A stretch of 63,375 nt of DNA, the filler included, from Licmophora abbreviata (Eukaryota), in the NCBI GenBank assembly GCA_900291995.1. It is 8 parts of 8 records of this genome, joined end to end, with 100 filler letters (N's around TTAATTAATTAA, not from the genome) between each part and the next. Parts side by side here need not be neighbours in the genome. Positions count along the whole stretch, not along the records: positions 1 to 12,935 come from OLMU01003035.1; 7 more parts are not named here. One strand, 5' to 3'. This document shows positions 1 through 11,336 of this stretch, piece by piece. Numbering within the stretch: position 1 is the first letter of the stretch; the number at the start of each line of letters is the position of its first letter. The notes under the pieces were generated by a model, which worked only from the letters and a program-made list of their open reading frames with translations, did not search any database and was not told where the DNA came from. A program made the position numbers and the translations under genes.

Positions 1-1
1 A

Positions 2-1349
2 GATGGGACGACGTACAATGAGGTTTGGGACATCTATCACAATTTGACGGTACATACGCTCTATCCATGGGACCAGGCGTATCTCCGTCGCATGCCCCCG
101 CGACGAGACGACGACTCCATCTTTCTATCCCTGGCGTCTTATCGAGACGAGAACTGTCCTAATACTATCTTTGGTGCATATCGAAGAGCAAGGCATCCGG
201 AGCGTTTGTACGTTGGACTTGCACAGCAGAACTGTCTGACGAATTGTACCAGTGGCGTATTGGAAGGCGGCATCCAAGAATCGGTCGAGCCGGATGTTGA
301 TTGCCATCGCGTCTTTTGCGAATCCGACGAAGGCAGGCCTCATTGCGATGCAGGTCGTGTTCGTGCCTTGCATATTGAAGAGTCAGAGTCCCTAGGACCG
401 TACGCAGCCCGCTACTTTGGCTCGAAGCTATGGGGTGGCGAGTCGTGGTTTCTCCAAATTGATTCGCACATGACGTTTGCCCAAGATTGGGATGCGTCGT
501 CGGTTCAAATGCTGAGAAACGCGCCCTCGCACAAACCTGTGATATCACACTATCCTCCTGGCGAAGATACTGACTTTGAAAAGGTCAAACGAGATCCCGC
601 GCCTAGATTATGCGGGCCAGTGTTTGCCAACTCGAATATTGAAGAGCAGATTGTACGTCTGGAGGGTTTGGGTGTCGACAAAGTGTGGCAGGAAACGCCA
701 AGATTTGCCCCGTTTGTTGCAGCAGGCTACTTTGTTGCACATAGTGGTACGTGGCATCATGTGAAGAAAAGCTGCTACCATGGAGTGCCCTCCAAAGCTC
801 ACCGCGCTTTCCTATGGTTCTATTCTCTGTTCGAATCCCCCCACTTCAGGCTTCCTTCGCGAGGTACCCTTCGATCCCTTTCTCCCTTGGATCTTCATGG
901 GAGAGGAAATCATTCTATCGTCACGGTTGTGGACTGCCGGCTACGACATCTTCTCTCCAACGCAGTCTGTGGTGGGCCATATTTACGTACGACGACACAA
1001 GCCCAAGTTTTGGGAGTCTGTCAATCGTCTCTTTTGGCCTGGCATCTTCAATCCGCTGCAAGCGCTCGTGTTGGGGCGCGTTAAGTATCTTCTCAAGTAC
1101 CCCGAGAAGGCTCGCGACATGATACAACCGAAGACCATTCTGACTGCTATCGACAAGTATGGAATGGGAAAGGAACGGACAATTGACGAGTATCTCGAAA
1201 TGATAGGCGTCGACCCTGTAACGAAACGCATCTACGACACTGGCTGGTGCGAAACTGGAAATCCGCCAGATTGGGCAAGGACAAACCACTCCCACTTGTA
1301 CCCGAATGCATCGGACATACGACTGAGAGGTTGTCTTAAGGGATGCTAG
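2..1349 (+). CDS. GT60-family polypeptide/hydroxyproline alpha-N-acetylglucosaminyltransferase (Gnt1/Gnt2-like), 5'-truncated
   Basis: Frame open from base 2 (DGTTYNEVWDIYHNLTVHTLYPWD). Motifs SIFLSLASYRDENC, QIDSHMTF, GYFVAHS|GFLREVPFDP, FMGEEI, RLWTAGYDIFSP. GT-AG intron 747-849 joins ORFs 44..1084 and 780..1349 in frame. Confidence 0.85.
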
Positions 1350-1396
1350 CGATCATAGTAGCAAATAGAATTTAACTCGTTTCTAGAAACATACAT

Positions 1397-2593
1397 TCAT
1401 TCATACGGCAGATCTGGTGGTCTAGCGATCCTCATCTTTCGCTTCGTATCATTGCGCCCCTTGAAGAATCCAGACGGATGTTTGAGATTGGCGCGAAATT
1501 CCATCCAGCAGTCTCCAAGTCCATTCATTGGATCTGAGCGAACTCTTTGAGAGGCTTCACCGTGACCGCCTTCCACCAAGACATTGGCGCTCTGCAACTC
1601 GTCCAGCGAAGCTGCCATGAGAGCCTGCTGTGCTTCGGCGAAGCCACAGCTGTACTTTAAATTATCCGTCATTCGCACGTCTAAACCGACAAGATCCTTG
1701 TGCAACACCATTAGCTGGCCATTTTTGTTGGAATTGAGACCGCTGTACCCGATTTTCGCGGTTCGCACCCCTGACGTCGCCGCAAGTCGTTCGGCGGCGT
1801 GATCCAGGTCGTCGCATCGGAACACCAGTGAGGGCGCCGGTATGGACTGGTCCTGACGCGCAGAGGGTATTGGACGAAAGGCCACCCCATTATGCGAAGG
1901 CCATTGGTATAACCCCAACGCGGGTCGCTTGAGATGCGGAAGGCGTGACAGCGTAGACTGAAGCGTCGTCCCGTCGTCATACACGGCTTCGTCGTAGTGC
2001 GGAAGAGCCACTTCCTTGAGCCCAGACGACGGTGATGTCGAGATCTCACTTATTGATTCTGCAGTTCTTTCGTTTACTGAAAACTGCAGCAGCGGAAGTC
2101 CATTCTTCCAAGCAAGAATATCATTGGCCCCGATTGGTCGATTCGATGCATGAAGAAGGCTCAGCTCAATCATTCGGAAGAATCTGTGTCGCTGCTTCTT
2201 CTTCATGTGTGCCGCAATCACCCGCCGAGAAGTAGCGACATGATCACCATCACTCTGAGTCACTCCGATGCTCCCTGTTAACGACAACAACGACAGAGAT
2301 CCACTTGGACCTCCATCATCGTCTCTTGAGGGCACAATTGCTGAGGATGTCGTCAACGACAAGAGATGGACAATGGCGCCCGACGTTGGGCATTTGGATG
2401 CCACCGAGTCCCATCTTCGCCGAAATCCTGGTGTACAAAGCGTTTGATCTAGTTCGTTGTCTTCTTCTGGTTTAAACGATAATGGTTCCAGCGAAAACAG
2501 ACTCTGCAGTGCTTCTTGTGCTCGTCGCGACGCTGCTGGACTTGACGAGAAGAAACTGAGTACTGGAGACTGCAACAAGAAGGATCGTCTCAT
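1397..2593 (-). CDS. Hypothetical protein (398 aa); possible glyoxalase/VOC-like segment and R/S-rich N-terminus
   Basis: Long intronless ATG-initiated ORF. The segment PSLVFRCDDLDHAAERL...GQLMV...GLDVRMTD loosely resembles a VOC beta-alpha-beta unit. Confidence 0.55.
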   Translation of the reverse strand: MRRSFLLQSPVLSFFSSSPAASRRAQEALQSLFSLEPLSFKPEEDNELDQTLCTPGFRRRWDSVASKCPTSGAIVHLLSLTTSSAIVPSRDDDGGPSGSLSLLSLTGSIGVTQSDGDHVATSRRVIAAHMKKKQRHRFFRMIELSLLHASNRPIGANDILAWKNGLPLLQFSVNERTAESISEISTSPSSGLKEVALPHYDEAVYDDGTTLQSTLSRLPHLKRPALGLYQWPSHNGVAFRPIPSARQDQSIPAPSLVFRCDDLDHAAERLAATSGVRTAKIGYSGLNSNKNGQLMVLHKDLVGLDVRMTDNLKYSCGFAEAQQALMAASLDELQSANVLVEGGHGEASQRVRSDPMNGLGDCWMEFRANLKHPSGFFKGRNDTKRKMRIARPPDLPYE

Positions 2594-2608
2594 TCTTTTC
2601 GATGCCAG

Positions 2609-2634
<26 letters not shown>
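2609..2634. repeat. (TC)n microsatellite just upstream of the 1397..2593 gene
   Basis: Run of tc dinucleotides read directly. Confidence 0.9.
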
Positions 2635-2639
<5 letters not shown>

Positions 2640-3141
2640 CTCAGATGTAGGATCGCTTATCGAAAGTGTCTTCTAATCATCATCGTCAACACCCCGACGC
2701 GATGTGTGCCGTTGTCTTCTTGTCTTTTTGTTTTCGTCGTGGTGATGACTCAATCGCGTTTCGGAATGCTGGGCGCGCGCAAAGATTGCTCCTCATGTCT
2801 CGATGATATTTATTTATAAAATGTCACTGACGTTTCTTTATCTGTCAGGGATAGATTCGATCTATCAGCCACCAACAGAGCCGAATAGATTGATATTTTG
2901 CAACGAGCTGAGCTCGCAGAAATTCAAATCGAATCTCCCTCCGAGCCTACCGAGCACAAAACGATAGAATGACGCCGTCGGGCTCGTTCGTTGCACATGG
3001 CACGACAAAGAAAGACCACTCCCCTTGTTCTTGCTGGTGCATTTACAACAGAGAGAGACTGCAGCCGAAGGGGGCAGTCGACCTGAGCAAGCAGCAGGAT
3101 CGCAGACGGATTCCTGTGATCGTTCTTCCGCTGAAGTAAAG

Positions 3142-3161
3142 GAGAGAGAGAGAGAGAGAGA
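3142..3161. repeat. (GA)n microsatellite in the MAPK 5' region
   Basis: gagagagag run read directly. Confidence 0.85.
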
Positions 3162-3345
3162 CGCGAGTGCCGCGTTTCCTCAACGTTCCAACATCACCAT
3201 CAAGGCCAACTCGTCGGAAGCGACCGCCCAAGGTCGCGGCGGTCGCGACTTCTCCTGTGGGGCGAATATTCTCGGCAGCAACAATAACAACAGTAAGCCA
3301 TCAGCATCGTCGCTATCCAGCCTCTACAAGTGGACAGCCAAGAAA

Positions 3346-4867
3346 ATGTCCAACATGACCTGCTCTGGAACGCTTCCTACCGCTTTTTCCGACACGGCCA
3401 GCCAACACAGGCAGCCGCAAGACGCTTCTAAACCACCAATGCACACGCACAAGCGCTCGACGAGTGAAGGAGACTATGACCATCACACGCTTGCTACTGC
3501 CTCCACGACCGCGGCGACCATGTCGTACACCTCGTCGGACTCTCCATCTTCGGACGTGTCGGGAACAGGAATGGAGATTGTTATGCGGTCGTCTGGCTCA
3601 GGAGACCTTATTCTGCAGAATCGTTCTCCGTCCTACAAGTCGCACACGTTCAAGGCAGGTACGCAGATGTTCACGGTCGACACTCGATACTCACTGATCC
3701 GCACGGTTGGATCGGGCGCCTATGGCGTAGTTATTTCGTCTCATGATTCGGTCGCTAAGCGCAATGTGGCCATCAAGATGGTCCCCAAGGCTTTCAACGA
3801 TGAGGTCGATGCCAAGCGAATTCTTCGCGAAATTAAACTCATGAAGCACATGCGTCACGACAACATTGTGGGTATCGTTGATATGATGCCTCCCACAGTG
3901 AACAACGTGGAGGACTATCGCGATGTGTACATTGTTGCAGACTTGATGGAGACAGATCTGCATCGTATCATCTACTCGAAACAGTCGCTGTCCCTGGAAC
4001 ACGCTCAGTACTTTATCTATCAGCTTCTGCGAGGACTCAAGTACATCCACTCGGCGAATGTGATTCATCGCGATTTGAAGCCATCGAATCTTCTTGTCAA
4101 CTCGAACTGCGATCTCAAGATTTGTGATTTCGGTCTGGCGCGTGGCATTCGCGATCGCAAGGAAGGCGATGGTCTGGGTACTATGATCCTGACAGAATAC
4201 GTCGTCACAAGGTGGTATCGTGCACCTGAGATTATGTTGGCATGCCACGAGTACTCCAAACCGGTGGATCTCTGGAGCGTTGGCTGTATATTCGCAGAGC
4301 TGATCAAACGGAAGCCATACTTTCCTGGCGACGATTATATCGATCAGGTACGTGCAGCACAGGCGGACACTCTATCTGACCCTATCCACTGATATTTGCG
4401 TCTACGCACTCAACCCCCTTACGCCAACGCTTTTGCTTCTCGTTGCACAGCTTACTCTCATCTGCGAAAAGTTAGGAAAGGTTCCGGAAGATGACCTCGA
4501 CTTTGTTACATCTGAAAAGGCCCGACGCTTTATGCGGAAGCTCCCCGACAAGATTGTGCCGCCCTTGAGTCGTCAATTTCCAGGTACTCCACCCGAGGCT
4601 TTGGACGTATTGCGGTCCACGCTCCAGCTTCATCCACGGAAGCGTGCCACTGTCGAGAAGACCCTGGCGCACCCATTCTTTGCGTCTCTCCACAGCGTCG
4701 AGGATGAGCCGGTGGCCGACAAGGTCTTTGACTTTAGTTTCGAAAACGAGCGGCTACACCGAGTCCGGCTTCAGGAGCTCATTTGGAAAGAGGTTGGAGA
4801 TTTCCGCCCTTCTTGCCTTCCTGTCCCGTCACGACGGGATGCAAAGTCGGGCCTCCGAGAGGCCTAA
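3346..4867 (+). CDS. Mitogen-activated protein kinase (ERK-like, TEY activation loop)
   Basis: Motifs [41 protein letters not shown]. Intron 4348-4450 joins [14 protein letters not shown]. First ATG in the open frame is 3346; the frame is open from ~3025. Confidence 0.93.
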
Positions 4868-5090
4868 TTCTGTACGACTTATTCTTTCGCATGCGGGCAG
4901 TCCTATGATAGTAACGTGATATGGTTGAACAGTAAAAGTACTAAACGAACATGCAAAAAGTAATATCAAGTGTTTCCTACAGCGATTACAGCTGCCTAGT
5001 AGACTGGATGGTCTCAGCAAATGTCCTGGACTATAACAGTGGCTTGATTGGCGATTGCCGTACAAGATGATCTTCTAGTGCATAACAATA

Positions 5091-6365
5091 TCACTTGCCC
5101 TTCTGTTCACCGGTCGATGATCCCGTGACAGACCGAAATATGTACGCGCAGTCATCCGCCACACTGGAAAGGAACAAACTAAAGTTGTCCACCACTTCCT
5201 CTTCGCTCGCCTCGTTCTGATGAGTGCCGTACAGGAGAAGAGAATACAAGATCAGGTCCGTGCGCGTGACGAACATAACATTACGCTACCAAAAGAAACG
5301 TACCTGCACCACTTTCGGTGTCTGTGTTGGAGTTTCATTGGGCGTTGATGCGCTCTTCGGCTCAGGTGAAGGTTCGGGGAGGCTCGGTTTTCTAAACCTG
5401 CCAAAGAGCTTCCGTCTGACCTTCTTATTCGGTGAACTTGCCGGCGACCTTTTGCTGTTGGAAGATTCTCCATCGGAAACACACAAAGGGGAGCCATTGT
5501 CGCCGGAAGATGTTGTATGAGGAGATATTGGGCGAGAATCGCCCGACGAGGTCCCGTTCACCGGTCGCGTGATGTCCAAGGCAGTCGCGACTGAGTCGGT
5601 CATTGCCATGAGAGACGAAACAATACCAGTCTCCGGTTTTCCATCGATGCCCCGGGCCGTGGGCGCCGATGCTGTGCCAGGCGGAGAATCGCCGACAGGA
5701 GAAGCCTTGGGTACTCGCTGGGCCCAATTGTTTTCAGTATTCATGTCACTTTGCACCAACAAACAAGGAGAACTCCCATTTTCCAAGTGTTTGGACGGTT
5801 GGCTATTGGAGCGCCCGTCACCGTTCGTGGTCCTAGCATAACGGAGTGGAACGCGCCCTTCAGCGTCCTCAACGCCAATCGACCCGGGGTGGGCACCCAA
5901 CAATTGCGTGATGATCCTTTTTGAGCAACCAGTACGGTATGCAAGATGGAGTGGCAACATGCCTTTATCATCTTTGCGTTTGGCAGCTGAGGGGTATGAA
6001 CTAAGAAGGGCAAGGATAACTTTCTCCGTTGCGCCGAAGATGATGGATGCATGCAGAGGTAGGAGTCTCCATCGGAGATTGCCGTTCTTCTCAACACGAC
6101 GGACCCAGGTTCTCACCTCGTTTGGGTATTTCTTGGAGCGCTGGATCGAAGCTTCCCAATTCTGTTCATGCAAGGAATTGAAGAGAGTGGTGGCGCCTAT
6201 GTCAAAGTTGACTTCTAGCTCTGTTTGGGGTTCGACTCGTGTCTCCGTTCTGACACCCTCCTCTGGTTTCTCCGCGACCATTTTCTTCTTCTTTTCGCTT
6301 GTAGCCTTTTGCCCTTTGGAGCGCGACCAGAAGCCACGCTTCTTCCCTTTCTTGTCCTTCTCCAT
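5091..6365 (-). CDS. Hypothetical protein with LPLH-type ankyrin-like repeats and low-complexity C-terminus
   Basis: LLPLHASIIFGA, GMLPLHLAYRTG and GRVPLRYA repeats. Likely intron ~5217-5303 (Q|gtacgt...cag|AAC GAG) adds the final exon NEASEEEVVDN...KGK. Confidence 0.7.
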
Positions 6366-7138
6366 CTGCGCGATATCCTGTGGAATCGGAGACAGTGCAA
6401 GCAGCCCAAGGCTCTGCTCTGTCTCTTCTATTGAGATCTCGACGGCCTTAGCTACACAATTACAAGTTCAAGAGACAAGAAAGATTGGACTGCGGTGAGC
6501 CGGACATCTCATGGCAGTCTTCTAAATATGGTCAAACAACGCGAGTTTGCCTCACCGTCCGAAACGCCGTCACCAGCTACCATGTCCTCCGCATTCAGGG
6601 CGCCGCACAGTCCATCCACTGGCGAGCAAAATGCAAACGGGTTCTCGTCCATAGGCTCGCTCCGATGAGCCGCTGAAACAACCATGATGTAACGGAACAA
6701 GCGTTTGTTGGGCGTCACCCAGCACCCCCAATGATGATCACGTGATGATCTGCCGCGGCCCGCTGCTCGGCCTATGTTGTTGGTGCATGATGTCCAAGCT
6801 GTGTCGCGATGAAAAATATCGAAATAAAAGCGCGCGCGAAAGTTCCAAAATTCCAAGTGATGACTTTTATGAAGCGATCTACACACGCATGAAATTCAAA
6901 TTTGTATACGACTTCAAACTAAAATATGTCCATGTGCCATTGCAATTGTAGCAGAAGACATCGACTTACGGGGACGCGGAATCAATCATCATCGCGATGA
7001 TATACCGGTACCCTTCGACTCTTTCTATGTCAGGAAAGCTCAACCATACTTAGAGTAAGAGCTAACACAATTTTAATGTATTGACGGACCTGCAGTTCTG
7101 GCACGCAGAGGGGGTGAGGGCAATGTCGACTCTCTTGT

Positions 7139-8153
7139 TCATTCTATCGGACCGCACGGCGTTAGACTATCGATGACCTCCATCGTACAAACGCTACCGA
7201 GCTCTCCGCTAACAATCAACTCTCCGACACATTGGCAGAAGTACAAAGGCTCGATAAAGAAGGTGCTGAACTCCTTCACGAAGGAGACCTCCTCAAATTC
7301 ATCTTCTCCAGTGACGGGATTGCGTTTCTTTCTTCTCTGTAGTGTGACGATAGTCGACGATAAATGAGCTTGTGAGTACGGCATTTCATTGCATAACCGC
7401 GACAAGTTTTGAGATATTTGCACGTACCATAAAACTAAAGAATCTTTGTTTAGCCTTCGTCTCGGCCTCCCTTGATTCTTGAACACTGAAAGAAATCGTG
7501 TCTCCAATCTTTGGTCCCGTTCGGTGTGGGCGAATGGACGAGTCTCGCTGCAAGCTGGATGCATTGTCTCGGTTGCGTCGCAATCGTTGGCTAAGACGGC
7601 TGCCGAGGCTCCGTCTGGAACGACGTGATGAGGCTGAGTGGATGCTAGCGTCTTCGCGCACCTCTGACTTCTTGGAGGCCGTACTTCTGACGGACAGTAC
7701 AGCGACACTGTTGTTGTCCTCGTCCACGTCTTCATCGTCAATGATAAGCGAGTTTTTCGGAAGAAGAGCACGAGTTGTCAGGGAGCGTCGAATTCGGGCC
7801 AAACGAGGCATAGCTCCGCCCCACGTGAGTTCGATCGATCCCGGGGCAGTGCCATTTCCGTCAGCTTGGGACACCAATTCGATGTCTGTGAAACGAGCAA
7901 TCTCATCGTCCTCGTCGTACGAGCTTGACCCTTCCGTGCTCACAAGAGACCCTTCGTTGGATGAGTAGGCAGAACTCAGATCCTCGTCTTCCATGGAGGG
8001 ATCTTCGTTCGGGGTGTTGACATACGTCGACTTTCGATGGCCGCAGGAGAAGGGATCGTCGACATCCTCAAGCAGAGAGTCGTTTTCTCTGTACGCTGCA
8101 CCTAAGCTTTGTCGTGCTTGTGGCCCTTCGTAAAGTGCCTCTACCTCGCTCAT
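7139..8153 (-). CDS. Hypothetical low-complexity protein, two exons
   Basis: ORF 7386..8153 splices (ATG|gtacgt...cag|AGA, intron 7337-7427) in phase 0 into RRKKRNPVTGEDEFEEVSF...PIE. Confidence 0.55.
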
Positions 8154-8781
8154 GGTTCCCTTTTGCTAGTTCGTATGGAAAGTACGAAAGTACGATTGGT
8201 TCGTGTGTGTGATGGAGTGATGTTTAATGACTCTACTTCTAGACTGGTTCCGTCCACTCAGGAAAACTAGGAAATTTTTGAAACGCGGTCCGTTGAAAAT
8301 CGAGACCAAAGACACATTCAAACATGGCTGGCGTTGGATCTCTTATTGCTCAGTGCATTTCGCCAGCTGTCAGATGCTTGCTATTAACAAAGTAATTTAA
8401 ATATATATATTGGTCATTGTATGTTATATTTATAAATACTCCATATGAAACTTCTAGCATAGATTATGAAGTCGTGCTTGAAGAAGACTGTGATTTCTGA
8501 GACAGAATAGACCAAGTCGAAATACGAAAGTTCAGGGCGCATGCAGAATGGAACCCCATGAAGCTAGCCAGCATCGTTCTACTTCGAAGTACGGTCCTGT
8601 GGGTTTTAGCAATGGTTGAATCGAAGGATACCGGAATACACTAGAGCATGAGGCCGACGGTCGATGGTAGCGGTCAAGCAAGATCCTTCTCAGACAACGA
8701 TACAGCGTTCGAGGCACACTATGGGACCTGGCCAATGACGCTATGACCAAATGGCATTCTACCTAGAGCTCGCACGATGCA

Positions 8782-10664
8782 TTATTTGTACAGGTGTGAG
8801 TGTTCCTCAAACCCAGGAGGCGCGTCTCCAGATTCGCACCATCCGGTCAAGGTAATCTGTTTCGTTGTCATATTCAAACCAACAATACGCAAATACTCCT
8901 CCAGCGGTCGTTCCGTGCCCATAGAGTACTGTTCGACAGCCGTCAAGAGAGTTTTGGGCTTAAGCATGTCTTTTGCCGCTTCGGGATAGCCGAGCTGGTA
9001 CTTTACACGATTCAGGACCATCATTTGGAGAGGATTGTGGACCCCAAATGAGAACGCTCGATGCACAGACTCCCAGAACTTGGGCTTGTGTCGTCGCACG
9101 TATATGTGACCAACAACGGATTGCGTTGGTGAGAAGATGTCATAACCAGCGGTCCACAAACGAGTCGACATGATGATCTCTTCTCCCATGAAGATCCAGG
9201 GAAGGAAGGGATCAAACGGCACTTCACGCAGGAAATCTGTAGGGGGTGTGGGCACAGTGAAAGGGAGGGTTAGGGTTTCGGCGCGGAGCGATGGGCAGCA
9301 GCCAGAGAATCAGTGGATATTCCAAATGAATGACCTACCAGAATGAGCGACTGCAGAAACGTCGTCGACACAATTGAGCAGAAAGACAGAGAGTGGGCAT
9401 GGTGGCGTTTCAGTCCAGTGTCCACTACGCCACCTTTGGGAAAGGGTCAATTCGTTTTGGCGCATTGCGTTTCGTACTTACCGAAGTATCCCGCCGCTGT
9501 AAAAGGAGCGAAGTGTGGCGTAGCCGACTGTATCTTGTCATACTTGGATGCCCCTTCCAATCGAATTATCTGCGCTTCCAAATCGCTCGTTGCGAAGACC
9601 GGACCACAGAGACGAGACGCGGGCTTATCGGCCATCTGCTCGAGATTCATTGTGTGGGACGGAGGATAGTGCGACAATACAGGCTTCTTTGATGGGGCTT
9701 TCTTGAGCATATCGATGGAAATGGCGTCCCAGTCCTGGATGAAAGTCATGTGAGCATCGATCTGCATGAACCATTGTTCGCCGTACCAGAGCTTGCTCGC
9801 AAAGTACCGCGCTGCATACGGACCGAGAGACTCAGGCTCATTAATGAAGAGAGGACGGACTCGTCCAGCGTCACAATGCGGCTTGCCTTGCTCGGACTCG
9901 CAAAAGATCTTGTAGCAGTCGGGATCCGGTTCGACATCTTCGGTCTTACCGCCTTCGAGGATGCCTGACCTGCAATTTTCATAGCAATTCTGCTGAACGA
10001 GACCGACGAAGAGCTTCTCAGGATTCTTCGCTTTTCCATAAGCGCCATACATGGTATTCATACAATTCTCATCTCGATAGGTAGCAATCGATAAGAAAAT
10101 ACTGCCGTCGTCACGACGGGGCGGCATTCGCTGCAAGTATTCACGGTCCCACGGGTACAGTGTCTTGACGGTTAAGTCATGGTATCCCTGCCAAATTCCC
10201 TGGTAAGTTGCTTGTTTATATTCTGATAGATGATCATGAAGTTTGTGAATCCATTCCGTCAGGTAATCAGTAATTTCCTTGAGTTCCATCGGGGGCTTTT
10301 CGTCGCTCTGCTCTCGCAGCGTCCCATGCAAGACCTCTTCAACAGTCTCCGTGCCGTCTTTGATTTCTTTGAGACGCTCTCCCACGATCCCTGATGATTC
10401 TCTAAGCTTCTGTAGTCGCATAATGGGAACGTGCTGTTCACCCAACGAGTGCAGGGCCTCCCTCAGCTGCTGTCGCTTCATGGCGACCGTCGCTCGAATG
10501 CCAGCGGGCTTTTTCTGGTCGCCCGTCGTGGGGATCGGAAAAGTCTGCTCGGAAGTCATTGTGGCCCATGAATAAAACAAGAGAAAGACCACCAGCATGA
10601 GCAAGGCCGCAATGGCCGAGCCCTGTCCAGAGGCATGGGAAGAGGGTCGCCGCACCGCAGTCAT
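8782..10664 (-). CDS. GT60-family GlcNAc transferase with N-terminal transmembrane anchor (type II, Golgi Gnt2-like)
   Basis: Exons 10664-9482, 9350-9339 (12-nt microexon) and 9236-8782 give GYF-VAHS-DFLREVPFDP. N-terminal hydrophobic stretch AIAALLMLVVFLLFYSW. Clear paralogue of 2..1349. Confidence 0.88.
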
Positions 10665-11336
10665 CGTCAGGTTGTGGTGGGCCGTGGCGGCGTCGCCTCG
10701 CGGTCATTGCTGCAAAAATCTGGGTACAAGTCTCTAGTCGAGTGGATCGATCTGTCAGTGACTCGACTCACGCGACTCCTGTGACATCACTGATGACTGA
10801 AACTCGACTCGGGATTCTCACGCAAAAAAATGAAAAATGAAAAATAGTCGCACTGCTAAAAGCAATCATGATCAATCGCATCGAAATGACAAGCACCGGC
10901 GAGAGCAAAAGAATATATTGATCCATTGCAAGCAGCTTCAATATGACATGGACATCCGCTAAGAATGTCACAGAGGAGATGGAGCGAGTCGTCAAGAAAG
11001 AGCTGACGGAGTCGGAGGTATCGTGTTTGCTAGGAACTTTCTCGTCGCAGGCGGTGTTAATTTCCCTTGGCTAATTCAAAGACCGCGATATCAATTAGCT
11101 CTACATGAGAATCCAGCGAATGGTAAAAACTGCCACCAGATCGTAATTCGTCTCTGACTATATGCTTGACGGATTGGTTCCCATGGCTGTCGGCCAAGGA
11201 AATACGGTGTTGCAATACGTTATTCGGGGCCCCGACTTATACTGCGCAAAGATTGGAGATGCAGCGACAATAGCGGCAGAAGTCAAAGCCTCGCGACTGG
11301 TTCACGAGAATCAGCAATGCCTATCTGTTATGCCAG

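Noticed and set aside
5908..6498. Long antisense ORFs (also 18680..19300, 59101..59922 and many short ORFs)
   Set aside because: These are shadow frames of real genes, with no recognisable motifs.
8370..8470. AT-rich patch as an origin, centromere or foreign insert
   Set aside because: Only ~100 nt, intergenic, with no terminal repeats; insufficient evidence.
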